A DNA stretch of 64,000 bases from Deinococcales bacterium (lineage in GTDB: Bacteria > Deinococcota > Deinococci > Deinococcales > JAAFIG01). Both the position numbers and the translations under genes were made by a program. The DNA lies in NCBI GenBank assembly GCA_043778225.1, contig JAYWGM010000075.1, forward strand, positions 11,747 through 75,746, in the 5' to 3' direction. Shown here piece after piece: positions 19,312-30,014 of the stretch (the stretch's first letter is position 1; each line of letters starts with the position of its first letter). Below the pieces are notes generated by a model. The model had not been told where the DNA came from. It did no database searches and was given only the letters and a program-made list of their open reading frames with translations.

Positions 19312-20196
19312 TTACTTGATTTTACCGTTGAGACCATTTGGGAAAAATCCGCCTTTGCCATTTCCGCCCAAGTAAACAATTTTTAAGACCTGTTCGGTGG
19401 TGCGGCTAAAAGCAATGCTGTTTTCGTCGGTTGGTACAAGGTTGGCTTTATTTTTCATGGTCACGCCTTGGTCAATCACGGTTGCGCCATCGACTGAATC
19501 GCGTAAGAATGAAATCGCTTCAACAACTTGCTCGACGTTGTAACCTGTGGCAACTTTGGTGGCTCGTTGTTGATACAAAAGGGTACGGACAATGCCAGCG
19601 TGATAGGCTTCGACAGCTAAGATACCCGCCGCAGCCTCGAGATAAGCTGGATTGGTAATTAAAGCAGCAGCACCTTTGTAGGCGGTTACGCCAACGTCTT
19701 CAAAAATAAATGCGCCGTGCAAGAAAAAGAGTTCGTTGGTATAGGGACTAAAGTTTTTAATCCCATTTTTACTTGCGGCGGCTGCCGCCGCCGCAAACGC
19801 AGGTCCGATGTCAATGGTCGGGCGAGCCACGGCTTTGTCGCCAAGGGCTTTACGCAAAAAGATAACGTGATTTTCTTCGTCGGTGGCAATTTCTTCGGCA
19901 TAATCTCGAGCCGCTCGACCTGCAGCAGTATTCGAGAACTTGACTGGCTTACCACCAATCACATTACCTGGGGGTACGCCTCCACCCGAAATCTCGTAGC
20001 TTGGTCTGCGTCCTACGGCTGCCAAGTAAAACTCGGCTTCGAGGTATTCGAGGTTCAGCGCGAAATTGAGGACATCAACATCAATGTCCGGCTTCATATT
20101 TTGGGCAAGTCCAAGGTTTGGAGCAGCGACTGCGCCGACTCCGAGCATTGCTGCACCCATTAAAACTTGACGACGGTTCAACGATTTTAAGTTCAT
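19312..20196 (-). CDS. Ferritin-like domain protein with twin-arginine signal
   Basis: MNLKSLNRRQVLMGAAMLGVGAVAAP (Tat motif). LNFALNLEYLEAEFY and EENHVIFL are ferritin-like helices. Confidence 0.8.
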   Translation of the reverse strand: MNLKSLNRRQVLMGAAMLGVGAVAAPNLGLAQNMKPDIDVDVLNFALNLEYLEAEFYLAAVGRRPSYEISGGGVPPGNVIGGKPVKFSNTAAGRAARDYAEEIATDEENHVIFLRKALGDKAVARPTIDIGPAFAAAAAAASKNGIKNFSPYTNELFFLHGAFIFEDVGVTAYKGAAALITNPAYLEAAAGILAVEAYHAGIVRTLLYQQRATKVATGYNVEQVVEAISFLRDSVDGATVIDQGVTMKNKANLVPTDENSIAFSRTTEQVLKIVYLGGNGKGGFFPNGLNGKIK

Positions 20197-20291
20197 ACAT
20201 TCTCCGTGGTTCTGGTTTGACTTTTGGAACGTTTTTATCAGAACATTGCTGACTAAAGCCCAGATTTGGTTAAGCTGAAGACCAGATGAAA

Positions 20292-20341
20292 GAATTACAA
20301 TAAATAATTCACGAAATTGATATAATTGTGAATTATTTCAC
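20292..20341 (-). promoter_or_regulatory. Copy 2 of the 50-nt conserved element (GTGAAATAATTCACAATTATATCAATTTCGTGAATTATTTATTGTAATTC)
   Basis: Aligned by eye with 1898..1947(-), 48471..48520(+) and 51191..51240(+). It lies 95 nt upstream of the ferritin-like gene. Confidence 0.8.
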
Positions 20342-20360
20342 TTAATCGGCTTGCCTCTAC

Positions 20361-21515
20361 TTATCTAGGTATTTTCAATACGAAAACAGCCCCAGCCGCA
20401 TTGACAGCCGTTAGTGTTCCGCCATGTGCCTCAGCAATGGCTTTTGCAATCGCTAACCCTAAACCATGATGTGGTATTCCAGTGCGTTCTCGAGCCACAT
20501 CATCGCGGTAAAACCGTTCAAAAACTCGGTCTGGGTGGAGGAGACCACGCCCGTTGTCCGCCACAGAAATCACCAAGCTATTTTCCTCGAGTTTACTGCT
20601 GACCACAACCCGATTTGCGCCACTATGTTCTAAGGTATTCTCGAGTAAGTTACGAATCACCCGCTCGAGTTGCAATGGGTCAAACAAAGCCGTTATATCT
20701 GGGCTTGGAGCTAAAATTAAAGTGATGCCAGCCTCTATGGCTTGGGTTTCTAAAGAACCTAAAATCTGCTCAAGCCAGACTTGTACCTGTATCGTTTGTT
20801 TTTCGAGCCTCAGTGTGCCAGTTTCGGCAGTTGAAAGGGTGCGTAAATCACCGACCATTCGTGAAATTAAACTGACTTCGTTCAGTAAACGCTCTAAACT
20901 TGCGTCATCCCTTGGGCGAATACCATCCTGCATCGCCTCGAGTTCTGCCTGCATCACCCCAAGCGGATTTCGTAGGTCGTGGGCAATATCCGAAACCACT
21001 TGTTGCCGCCAAGCCTCTTGCCGTTCTAAATTTTCGGAGAGTTGATTAAAAGCTAAACTGACGGTTTGTAACTCGTCTTTTTGTTCTGGCACTGGCACAC
21101 GAACCCCGCGCTGACCATTGGAAACAGCTTTGGCGGCTTCTTCAAGGGCAATCAAAGGTTTGGTTAAGCGCCGAGTGACCAAGGCGGCGGCAAGTGCCGA
21201 AAAAACCACCGCCCCAAAACCGCCCCAAAAAACTGTTCCTGTCATGTTCTGAAAAGTCCGTCGCGCTTGGGCAATTCTCGAGTCATCATCAAACTTAAAG
21301 CCGCCAAATCCCCAAGCATCGAGTGGCACTTTGATTCGTGTACCATCTGGAAAAACAAAGGTTCTCGAGACATCGGTGGCGGCACGTTGAATCGCTCGGA
21401 TGCTTAAAAAACCCGTAAAGCCGACCGCTGCCAACGCCACAATCACAAACCACATCGTTAATCGCCGCCGTAAACCAGAAGAGCGTTTTTTGAATTTTTT
21501 AGCAATCCATGGCAT
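20361..21515 (-). CDS. Sensor histidine kinase (TM-HAMP-HisKA-HATPase)
   Basis: SDIAHDLRNPL H-box and ADNGRG...GLGLAIAKAI. The start abuts the stop of the upstream response regulator. Confidence 0.9.
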   Translation of the reverse strand: MPWIAKKFKKRSSGLRRRLTMWFVIVALAAVGFTGFLSIRAIQRAATDVSRTFVFPDGTRIKVPLDAWGFGGFKFDDDSRIAQARRTFQNMTGTVFWGGFGAVVFSALAAALVTRRLTKPLIALEEAAKAVSNGQRGVRVPVPEQKDELQTVSLAFNQLSENLERQEAWRQQVVSDIAHDLRNPLGVMQAELEAMQDGIRPRDDASLERLLNEVSLISRMVGDLRTLSTAETGTLRLEKQTIQVQVWLEQILGSLETQAIEAGITLILAPSPDITALFDPLQLERVIRNLLENTLEHSGANRVVVSSKLEENSLVISVADNGRGLLHPDRVFERFYRDDVARERTGIPHHGLGLAIAKAIAEAHGGTLTAVNAAGAVFVLKIPR

Positions 21516-22190
21516 TTAAGCCCCCCGCAAACGATAGCCAACACCGCGCACGGTCTCGAGTAAATCGCCATGCAGCCCCAATTTTTTACGGATATTTTTG
21601 ATGTGCGCGTCCACAGTACGCTCATCGGCAAAAGAATCCAAGCCACCACTCTGCTCGAGCAATTCAGAACGCAAACGCACCCGAGAAGGTTCTTTGGCGA
21701 GTAAACCGAGTATTCTTACCTCGGCAGTCGTCATCGCAATATCTTGTCCAGCCACCGAAACCTCGAAAGTGGTTAGATTAACTTCGATTACGCCAACCCG
21801 CAAAGATTGTGGCAGCACCACCGCGCCTTGGACTCGCCGCAAGACCGCCTTGACTCGAGCCATAACCTCACGTGGGCTGTACGGCTTAACCACATAATCA
21901 TCTGCACCTAAACCTAAGCCAACCAATTTATCCACCTCGTCATCCCTTGCCGTGAGCATGATAATCGGGGTACTCGATTCGGCTCGAACCCGCCGTGCAA
22001 CCTCGAGACCATCGAGTTCTGGCAGCATTAAATCCAATAAAATTAAGTCTGGATTGGCAGCCCGCCAAAGCTCGAGCGCTCGAGTGCCAGTGCGGGCGCG
22101 TTCGGTCTTAAAACCCTCACGGCGAACATATTCCTCGAGAATATCCGCTAATCGGGTTTCATCTTCAACAATCAAAATTGTGCCAGACAT
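21516..22190 (-). CDS. OmpR/PhoB-family response regulator
   Basis: Receiver domain (ILIVEDE...LLDLMLP) plus winged-helix domain (VDAHIKNIRKKL...VRGVGYRL). Confidence 0.93.
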   Translation of the reverse strand: MSGTILIVEDETRLADILEEYVRREGFKTERARTGTRALELWRAANPDLILLDLMLPELDGLEVARRVRAESSTPIIMLTARDDEVDKLVGLGLGADDYVVKPYSPREVMARVKAVLRRVQGAVVLPQSLRVGVIEVNLTTFEVSVAGQDIAMTTAEVRILGLLAKEPSRVRLRSELLEQSGGLDSFADERTVDAHIKNIRKKLGLHGDLLETVRGVGYRLRGA

Positions 22191-22197
22191 GGGGCAT

Positions 22198-22280
22198 AGG
22201 TTAAAGGGTAAAAAGGTGAAAAGGTTAAAGGGTAAAAATTAACCTTTTCTCCCTTTAACCTTTTTACCCTGCCTTTAACC
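22198..22280. repeat. Inverted array of GGTNAAAR units forming a long hairpin (core AAAAGGTTAAAGGG / CCCTTTAACCTTTT at 22219-22232 / 22251-22264)
   Basis: Read directly. On the minus strand the hairpin is followed by CACCTTTTT, so it can terminate gene 22275..22727. Confidence 0.75.
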
Positions 22281-22727
22281 AAGTGCGTTCTTGATCATCT
22301 GGAAAGTTTCGAGTGTGATTTCGCCACTGGCAAGGCGTTGACGAGCGATTTTTAGGGCTGGGTCGGATTCGCTGCTGATTTCGAGTTGGGTTTTTAGGTC
22401 TTCAAACTGCTCTGGGGTCAGTTCGGATTTGGCGAGGCGGACTCGAGCCATTTGTAAAGCATCGTCGGAAGAACCCGTTTGCCATTTATTGCGCCATTCT
22501 TGCTTACCTTGTTGCCACATTGATTTGAAATTCTCACGTCCCTGACCAGACCATGCCATACGACGGCTGTGTTTGAACCAACGGATTGCCCAAAAAATGG
22601 CGGCAATCAGAAAAACAAACCACAGCACCTTAAAAAAACCAGCCAAGAAAAACCAACCGGGGTCGACCATCTGCATACCACTCCGAAAACCATCGTTCCA
22701 CATAAGTCTTGCTCCTTTTCTACTCAA
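22275..22727 (-). CDS. SHOCT-domain membrane protein
   Basis: One TM helix, then two SHOCT-like repeats (RVRLAKSELTPEQFEDLKTQL and RQRLASGEITLETFQMIKNAL). The start is uncertain because there are several Met codons. Confidence 0.7.
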   Translation of the reverse strand: MSRKGARLMWNDGFRSGMQMVDPGWFFLAGFFKVLWFVFLIAAIFWAIRWFKHSRRMAWSGQGRENFKSMWQQGKQEWRNKWQTGSSDDALQMARVRLAKSELTPEQFEDLKTQLEISSESDPALKIARQRLASGEITLETFQMIKNALG

Positions 22728-22929
22728 GAACTGGTCTCGAGCGATGAGAGAATCATGCTCCTAAGCTATGAAGCAGGCTTGTTCAAAATATGAACTCCAG
22801 ATGAATGTGACCAAAAAACTTTATTTTCGCACTCAAGGCTCGAGTTTACCCAAAAAACCGTGATTCATAAAATCTGCTGTAAACAGTCAAGACCTCGAAT
22901 AATTTGTGCAACCGTAGGTTTTTCTGCCT

Positions 22930-25900
22930 ATGCTTTTGGCTATTGACATCAAATTGACAATGGCGCAGAGTGACCAGATGATACGCAAATACTCCAACCT
23001 CATTTTTCCACTTGGAGCATTTATTTTTGTGATGATCATCACTCTTAGCCTCTGGACAGCCTTACAGCGTGCGGAGCTTATGGCTGCTGATGAACGTGCC
23101 CACAGCAGTGGCAGAGAAGCTGCTGCCGCCCTTGGACAGTCGTATATCGGGCGACAACTGGCACTTGAACGGATGGCGCAACGCTGGGCAAAAAGCGATG
23201 GTCTGCCAGAAGCCGAATGGCGCAGTGATGCCTTGGGCTATGCTCGAGATTTTCCGGATTTTTTGGCGGTTGAATGGGTGGATACGCAAAATGTGGTGCG
23301 TTGGGTTGAACCACAAGCCAGTAACCAAGCTGTGGTTGGTCGAGATTTAAGCTATGAATCCGTGCGTCGTTTGGCACTCGAGACAGCACGAATTGAGCAA
23401 AAGTCGGTCACTTCACCGACCATCACACTTCTACAAGGTGGTCGTGGATTTTTAAGTGTCCATCCAATTTATCGCAATCAAGTTTTTCTGGGTTTTATAA
23501 TTGGCATTTTTCGGATTGAAACTTTTGCCTTTGCTACCTTAAAAACTTTTGCCAAAGAAGGTTTGGCATTTCGTATTTTTGCAGGTTCGGATTTGATTTA
23601 TCAATTACAAGCATCTGCGGCGACTGCCAGCCGCCAAAATCTTCGGCTTGGCACAATCGTATGGAAACTCGAGGCACGTGCGACAGCCGATGCAATAGCA
23701 CGCGCCAGAACTTGGCTGCCATGGTCAGTTTTGGCGGCTGGCTTGTTTGTGGCGTTGCTTTTAGGGGTAGCAGTCTATTTGGTTGGTCAGACCGCCAAGC
23801 AGAGTTTAGCCATAACAGCAATCAATCATGATTTAACCCAAGAACGCGATTTTGCCAAACTGGTTCTCGAGACCATGGGGCAAGGCTTAATCGTGACTGG
23901 AGCAGACGGGCGTTTTACCTATGTCAATGCTGCTTTTGCACGGCTGGTTGAAGATAGCCCCAGTCGGCTGCTTGGGCGTTCTATTAGTGAATACACTTTA
24001 CCCAGCGACCAAGAATTGTTAAATAAAGCCCGCCAAGAACGAAGTGCTGGTCAAACCACCTCTTATGAAATTCGCCTTCTTGGTGATAAGCCAGTGCTGA
24101 TTACAGGTGTACCACGCCTTTTGGCTGGTCAGTTTGATGGTTCAGTAGCAGTGGTCAGCGATTTGCGCCAACACTTTGATGCCGAGCGAATCCTACGCCG
24201 TGAACGTGATTTTACCAGTGCGATTCTCGAGACGGCTGGAGCGCTGGTGATTGTGCTTGACCGCCTTGGGCAAGTGGTGCGTTTTAATCGGGCTTGCGAA
24301 CAAACCACTGGCTATACCTTAGAAACTTTTCGGGGTTTACCATTCTGGGAATTGCTGATTCCACCCCAAGAAAGCCAAGCCGTCAAACTGGCATTTTTAG
24401 CTTTGCAGGCTGGCGATTTTCCGGGGGTATTTGAAAATCATTGGCTGACTCGAGGCGGTGGGCAAAGGCTGATAAGTTGGGCAAATACAGTTCTGTTTGA
24501 TGAGGCTGGAAATGTTGAATTTATCATCGGGACTGGCATTGATATTACTGAACGCCGCCTTGCCGAAGAGGGCTTACGCGCCAGTGAAGCCCGTTACCGT
24601 GCAGTTGTGACCTCACTCGAAGAAGGAGTGATTGTCCAAAATCGGGCTGGAAAAATCATTTCAGTCAATGCTTCGGCAGAACGCTTACTTGGTTTAACTT
24701 GCGACCAACTGCTTGGGCAAACACACTTTTATGAAAATTTGCGATTTATTGAACAAAACGGCACACCAATTCGTGCTATTTATTCACCTTTTTCGCTTAA
24801 CAGCACCCCACGTTCAGGACAATTTGTTGGTTTACATCGTACCGATGGCACATTGCTGTGGTTATCGGTCAATTCGCGCCCACTCGAGTATAGCGAGGGC
24901 GGCACGGACGGTGTGGTCTCGTCGTTTTTTGACATTACCGAGCGTAAATTGGCAGAAGACCAACTGGCATATGAAGCCATGCACGATGCCTTAACTGGTC
25001 TACCAAATCGGGTGATGTTCCGAGACCGAGTGAGCGATGAAATCCGCCGCGCCACTCGAGAAGGCTTGACTTTTGCGGTCGCCTTTGTTGACCTCGACCG
25101 CTTTAAGCACGTCAACGATACTTTGGGACACGGGATTGGCGATTCATTGCTACAAGTGATCGCCAATCGTCTGCAAAAAGCGGTGCGTGACACCGACATG
25201 GTGGCTCGTATGGGTGGTGATGAATTTACCTTGCTTTTGGCTGGGGTAAAAACACCAGAAGGCGCGGCTGTAGTTGCTAAAAAGGTACTCAATGCCCTGA
25301 CCCCAGTCATTCATATCCAAGGACATGACTTATTTATCAGTGGCAGCATTGGCTTGGCGTTATATCCAAGCGACGGTACAGATGGTGAAACACTGCTTAA
25401 AAATGCCGATGGCGCTTTATATGCGGCTAAAGACGCTGGGAAAAATAATTATCAATTTTTTAACGCTCCAACTGGAGCGCGGGTTGCCGAGCGACTCAAC
25501 TTAGAGACCAAATTGCGTCGAGCCTTTGAGCGCAATGAGTTTAGACTGCACTATCAGCCACAAGTTCAGTTGCCCACGCGCCAAGTTATTGGTATCGAAG
25601 CCCTTTTGCGCTGGAGTGACCCAGAAGATGGTTTAGCTGTTGCACCACTGCGCTTTGTTCCAATCCTCGAGGAAAGTGGAATGATTGTGCCAGTCGGAGC
25701 TTGGGTGATGCGCGAAGCCTGTACTCGAGCCGCCGCTTTGCAAAACCCGATTCGAGTGGCAGTCAATGTCTCGGCAGTTCAATTTGCCCGCTCTGATTTT
25801 TTATATTTGATTGCTGAAACGCTTGAGGTCAGTGGACTTGCGCCGCATTTACTTGAGTTAGAACTGACCGAAAGTGTGGTCATGCGCGACCCCGAAGCTG

Positions 25901-26259
25901 TGGCAGTGCGGATGTCAAAACTGCGTGAACTCGGAGTGCGTTTATCGGTTGATGACTTTGGTACAGGTCACTCGAGTTTAGGTTATTTGCAGCGTTTACC
26001 AGTTGAATGTCTCAAAATTGATCGTTCGTTTATTATTGCCATGGACGCTGGCGGGGAATCCTTGGTGCGCGGTATTATTGATTTAGCCCATAATTTAGGG
26101 ATGACTGTGGTTGCCGAGGGTGTAGAAACCGAATGCCAATGCCAAACCTTAATAGAAATGGGCTGTGACTTTGCCCAAGGCTACTTATTTTCTGAACCAC
26201 TGCCCACCGAAATGCTCGAAAGTTACTTTCAGTCAAGCAGCCATAGCCTCACGCTTTAA
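22930..26259 (+). CDS. CHASE-PAS-PAS-PAS-GGDEF-EAL signalling protein (c-di-GMP turnover)
   Basis: Periplasmic CHASE-like region between two TM helices, three PAS/PAC segments, RMGGDEFTLLL (GGDEF), EALLRW...DDFGTG (EAL). The start could be 22930, 22960 or 22978. Confidence 0.9.
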   Translation: MLLAIDIKLTMAQSDQMIRKYSNLIFPLGAFIFVMIITLSLWTALQRAELMAADERAHSSGREAAAALGQSYIGRQLALERMAQRWAKSDGLPEAEWRSDALGYARDFPDFLAVEWVDTQNVVRWVEPQASNQAVVGRDLSYESVRRLALETARIEQKSVTSPTITLLQGGRGFLSVHPIYRNQVFLGFIIGIFRIETFAFATLKTFAKEGLAFRIFAGSDLIYQLQASAATASRQNLRLGTIVWKLEARATADAIARARTWLPWSVLAAGLFVALLLGVAVYLVGQTAKQSLAITAINHDLTQERDFAKLVLETMGQGLIVTGADGRFTYVNAAFARLVEDSPSRLLGRSISEYTLPSDQELLNKARQERSAGQTTSYEIRLLGDKPVLITGVPRLLAGQFDGSVAVVSDLRQHFDAERILRRERDFTSAILETAGALVIVLDRLGQVVRFNRACEQTTGYTLETFRGLPFWELLIPPQESQAVKLAFLALQAGDFPGVFENHWLTRGGGQRLISWANTVLFDEAGNVEFIIGTGIDITERRLAEEGLRASEARYRAVVTSLEEGVIVQNRAGKIISVNASAERLLGLTCDQLLGQTHFYENLRFIEQNGTPIRAIYSPFSLNSTPRSGQFVGLHRTDGTLLWLSVNSRPLEYSEGGTDGVVSSFFDITERKLAEDQLAYEAMHDALTGLPNRVMFRDRVSDEIRRATREGLTFAVAFVDLDRFKHVNDTLGHGIGDSLLQVIANRLQKAVRDTDMVARMGGDEFTLLLAGVKTPEGAAVVAKKVLNALTPVIHIQGHDLFISGSIGLALYPSDGTDGETLLKNADGALYAAKDAGKNNYQFFNAPTGARVAERLNLETKLRRAFERNEFRLHYQPQVQLPTRQVIGIEALLRWSDPEDGLAVAPLRFVPILEESGMIVPVGAWVMREACTRAAALQNPIRVAVNVSAVQFARSDFLYLIAETLEVSGLAPHLLELELTESVVMRDPEAVAVRMSKLRELGVRLSVDDFGTGHSSLGYLQRLPVECLKIDRSFIIAMDAGGESLVRGIIDLAHNLGMTVVAEGVETECQCQTLIEMGCDFAQGYLFSEPLPTEMLESYFQSSSHSLTL

Positions 26260-29131
26260 TCGTTAGAAGCGAATCCTCAAATAACTCGAGCCTCCCCAAA
26301 GCGTACTGCATGGCTTCTTTAGGACTTAAACTTTTAGCTTGGGCTATAAAAAGCTGTAATTGTTCGGTACTAAAAAACTGGCTGCTTTGCACTTCTATAA
26401 ATTGATTAGGTTCTAAATCATCTAAGTTAAAATCCTGACCGGGCAGGAAACGCCATGTGTTGGCAATCGCATTCAGTCTTAAGCCCTTGGCATGGCGCTG
26501 TTGTTGCTGCATGACCGCCGCACTCAAGGCATAAAAACACGTAAAGCAAGCCGCATCTTGCACTTGCGGACAGAGAAGCCCAAGTTCTTGCAGTAAAGCG
26601 ACAACTCCAAGCCGATTGCCCCGCCGAAACATGACATTGCAAAGTGTCAGCAACGTAGCACATAAATTCACCATGTTTTTGACTTCACGGTAAATCAAAA
26701 TCGCTTGCTCGAGCAGATTCTGAGCTTTTTCTAAATCGTTTTGGGTAATGTAGACATAGGCAAAATTGGCTAAACCATTGGCTAAACCACGTTTATTTTT
26801 GTTAGCTCGAGACTTGCTAATTAAATTTTCAAAAGTCTCAATCGCCAAAGCAGTTTCGCCTTGCTGCCAGTACAAAAACGCCAATGAATTCAAACAATCG
26901 ATTTGGACATTAGCGTTTGGCACATTTTCTAGAATCTCGAGTGCAGCTTTGATACAAGAGCTTGCTCTGTCAAAGTCGCCAATATCGCCGCTAACTTCAC
27001 TAATGGCGTTCAATGCCCTTGCCTGAGCGCTCAAATCACTGATTTCCAAGGCGATTTCTAGGGCAGCTTCGGCATCGGCTAAGCGAACATCGGTGTTGTG
27101 CAAACGCATTCCAAGCACACTGCGAACGGACAGTAAATTGGATCGCGTTGAATCTTGAGCTTGCAACTCAGGTAACTCGAGCAATTGATTTAACCACTGC
27201 ATCCCTAATGGTTTTCGAGCCGCAGCAATCCAAAAATACAGAGTTGAATAGACAATTTTGGCACAGACGAGCGGATTGGTTTTCACCGACCACTCAAGGG
27301 CTAAACTGACGTTCTCAAATTCTTGTTCAAATTGTTTAACCGTCTCGGAAACAGGTTTAGCAGGGTCATGGGTTGCCACTGCCACTGCCCAATCCTGTGC
27401 CAATAAACCGAGCTCGAGTAACGCTGCTTCTTTTTGCACAGGCTCGAGTTGCTGTTCGCTAAATTGGCGAATGACTTCGTGAATAATAAAACGATTATTG
27501 CTACGGGTGATTAAGGACTTGCCGACTAACACAAATAAAATGCTCGGATTGGCTTTAGCGACTCGAGCCAGCGACTCAAGCGTAAATCCACCACGCAACA
27601 AACTCAGCTTAGCCAAAACCAATTGTTGCTCGAGTGTTAATAATTGCCAACTGGCATTAAAAACCGCCCGCATACTGCGGTGACGCAATGGCATATCTGG
27701 TTGATTTGCCAATAGAAAATCCAAGCTCAAATGAATTTCTTGCACCACTTCCTCGAGATTTAAGATTCGCAACCAATGACTGGTCAGTTCTATGGCAAGC
27801 GGTGAGCCTTGCAATAACTGACAAAGCTCGATGACAAAAGGTTTATCTTTAGGCTCAAGGACAAAACGCGGATTGACCCGTTTGGCATTACGTAAAAGCA
27901 GTTGCACCGAATCAAAAATTTCGATTTGCTCCGAATCATTTTTTGGCACATTTAAGCCCAACACATCCACCAAATACTCAGCTTGGACCTGCAGGGCTTC
28001 GCGGCTGGTGATTAAAATACGCAATCTAGGCACAGCCGCTAGTAACTCGAGAATCACCATAGACTCGTCCAGCAAATGCTCCATGTTATCAAGTACCAGC
28101 AACAAATGCTGTTCGGACAAATAATTTTTAAGAAAAACCAATTGATTCTCTAAGCCCTGCGCTGGTAAGTGCAAAGCCGCAATAATGGCTGGCACAAGCG
28201 CATCCACCGCAGCCAAAGGCACAAAAAGTGCCCCATCTGCAAATTGAGCAGCTTGTTCAGTTGCCACCTGAACCGCTAAACGGGTTTTGCCCATGCCGCC
28301 AGCCCCGACCAAAGTAATCAGCCGAACTTCTGGTTGTACAAAAAATGAAGCGATTTCGGATAAATCCACATCTCGCCCAACAAAAGCACTGACTTCTACA
28401 GGAAAATTTTGCAACAACGACTTCTCGATTAGCGCTTGAACAGGTTTTAATTCTAAAGCCGCCGCCAATTGCACGGTCGTTTCGAGTGGCGACAAACCAA
28501 GCTCGAGTTTCAAAACCCTCTTAAACGACTCAAACGCCCTAAGCGCCTCGAGCCGCCCGCCTGTTTGTATCGCACAGTTAAGCAGTAGTTGCAAAATATC
28601 CTCGGCAAGCGGGTCGGTGCTTAAAACCCGCAAGCAAATGGCTTGCGCCGCCTCAAAATTGGCTTCTACCACCAATTGCTTGGCTGCTAAAAGCGCTGTG
28701 TCTCGAAAAGCATTGTGCAGCGCCTCACGCTCTTGCTCGAGCCAATCAGACAAGTCTGGCACATCCGAATGCAACCCACTCAAAAAACTTCCCTGATACA
28801 AATTGAACGCCTCGAGATACTGATTAGAACTCATCAAGCCTTGAAACTCAGCCGCATCCGAGCGCACCAACCAACGCACAAGTTCGCCACTGGACTCGAG
28901 AACCGCAAACTCCAAAGCCCGCACCCGAGACAGCAAATGCCGCAAATTCTTCCGAGCAGCCACCGAATCAGAATCCTCAAAGAACAACACCGACAATGCT
29001 TCTCGAGAAACCCAATCTGCCTTAAAAGCCAAGTATGCCAGCAGCAAAAAACGCTTATCCGATAAGAAAATAACCTCTTGGGACTCGAGGCTTACCTTGG
29101 CAACACCCAGCAGTTGAACAGAAGGAAGCAT
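26249..29131 (-). CDS. AfsR/SARP-like regulator: winged-helix plus BTAD plus NB-ARC ATPase plus TPR (STAND class)
   Basis: ORF 26249..29257 trimmed to Met43 (MLPSVQLLG). wHTH/BTAD region (YQGSFL...WLEQEREAL...LEALRAFESFKRVLKLELGLSP), Walker A GAGGMGKTRLA and C-terminal TPR-like repeats. Confidence 0.85.
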   Translation of the reverse strand: MLPSVQLLGVAKVSLESQEVIFLSDKRFLLLAYLAFKADWVSREALSVLFFEDSDSVAARKNLRHLLSRVRALEFAVLESSGELVRWLVRSDAAEFQGLMSSNQYLEAFNLYQGSFLSGLHSDVPDLSDWLEQEREALHNAFRDTALLAAKQLVVEANFEAAQAICLRVLSTDPLAEDILQLLLNCAIQTGGRLEALRAFESFKRVLKLELGLSPLETTVQLAAALELKPVQALIEKSLLQNFPVEVSAFVGRDVDLSEIASFFVQPEVRLITLVGAGGMGKTRLAVQVATEQAAQFADGALFVPLAAVDALVPAIIAALHLPAQGLENQLVFLKNYLSEQHLLLVLDNMEHLLDESMVILELLAAVPRLRILITSREALQVQAEYLVDVLGLNVPKNDSEQIEIFDSVQLLLRNAKRVNPRFVLEPKDKPFVIELCQLLQGSPLAIELTSHWLRILNLEEVVQEIHLSLDFLLANQPDMPLRHRSMRAVFNASWQLLTLEQQLVLAKLSLLRGGFTLESLARVAKANPSILFVLVGKSLITRSNNRFIIHEVIRQFSEQQLEPVQKEAALLELGLLAQDWAVAVATHDPAKPVSETVKQFEQEFENVSLALEWSVKTNPLVCAKIVYSTLYFWIAAARKPLGMQWLNQLLELPELQAQDSTRSNLLSVRSVLGMRLHNTDVRLADAEAALEIALEISDLSAQARALNAISEVSGDIGDFDRASSCIKAALEILENVPNANVQIDCLNSLAFLYWQQGETALAIETFENLISKSRANKNKRGLANGLANFAYVYITQNDLEKAQNLLEQAILIYREVKNMVNLCATLLTLCNVMFRRGNRLGVVALLQELGLLCPQVQDAACFTCFYALSAAVMQQQQRHAKGLRLNAIANTWRFLPGQDFNLDDLEPNQFIEVQSSQFFSTEQLQLFIAQAKSLSPKEAMQYALGRLELFEDSLLTIKA

Positions 29132-29189
29132 TGTTAGACAACAGTTTACCAGCTTTTTGTGTTGCCGCGTCGCACGGATTCTTATCCAT

Positions 29190-29222
29190 GCGACGCTCAT
29201 GCGACGCTTAGACCAGTAAACT
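29190..29222 (+). promoter_or_regulatory. Candidate activator-dependent promoter A: GCGACGCT-cat-GCGACGCT-N8-TAAACT
   Basis: Read directly in the divergent region between the SARP-like gene and 29277..29732. The same architecture occurs at 32399 and 35193. Confidence 0.6.
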
Positions 29223-29276
29223 GTCCGCATCGCTCGAGAAGAACACCAAAATAGCAAGACTCGAGCAGGAGGATTT

Positions 29277-29732
29277 ATGAAAAAATGGTTCTTAATCTTG
29301 GTTGCAGTATTGGGTTTCTCGGGCTTAGCTGGCGCACAAAAATTCTCGGTCGGTGGCGGTTTAACCAGTCAGTTTCAAAATGGTTTTGTACTGGGTTTTG
29401 GCATTAACTTAGGCGCAGAAGACTTGGTAAAATTCAGCAAAGACTTTGGACTTGATGCTCGAGTTGACCTCGAAGGTTCATTTGGCGCGGGTGCTTTTTT
29501 ATTTGGTTTGGGCGCAGGTGTATACGCTTCGTACCAAATTTCTGATATTGACATTTACTTTGGACCTCGAGTGATTGTGCTACTGTCCCCAGCTTCAGCT
29601 TTTGGCTTTGGGGCGTTGCTCGGTCTGCGTTATGACTTGTCAAATACGCTTGCACTGTACAGCGAAGTACGGTTTTTGTTCACACCAGCTTTTGATTACC
29701 AAGCTGCCCTTGGCGTGCGAATCCTGCTCTAA
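29277..29732 (+). CDS. Small outer-membrane beta-barrel-like protein
   Basis: Signal peptide MKKWFLILVAVLGFSGLAGAQ, an alternating Gly/aromatic beta-strand pattern and the aromatic-rich C-terminal strand FDYQAALGVRILL. AGGAGG SD. Confidence 0.7.
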   Translation: MKKWFLILVAVLGFSGLAGAQKFSVGGGLTSQFQNGFVLGFGINLGAEDLVKFSKDFGLDARVDLEGSFGAGAFLFGLGAGVYASYQISDIDIYFGPRVIVLLSPASAFGFGALLGLRYDLSNTLALYSEVRFLFTPAFDYQAALGVRILL

Positions 29733-29747
29733 AAACCTTCTCTTGCG

Positions 29748-29774
29748 AGGCTCGAGACCCCCTACTCGAGCCTC
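29748..29774 (+). terminator. Hairpin built from two CTCGAG sites (GAGGCTCGAG-acccccta-CTCGAGCCTC)
   Basis: Perfect 10-bp inverted repeat 16 nt after the stop at 29732. There is no T-run, so terminator function is uncertain. Confidence 0.4.
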
Positions 29775-30014
29775 CACACCAAACCTTAAAAGACCAAAAG
29801 CTCGAGCAATCAAGGACTCGAGTCAGGTGAAACATTTTCAAATTTGCACTCTCTCAAGCGTTACAGGGAAAACAAGTATGACCAAAGAACCTTTGCAAAC
29901 CTATGTTCGACCAGTCCTCGAGCCGCAACCAGCCTATGCACTGGTGACTGCTGGTTTTTCTTTTCCTGTTGGTTCAACTTCGGCACTTGAACCCTTGAAT
30001 GATGTGGAGAAAAA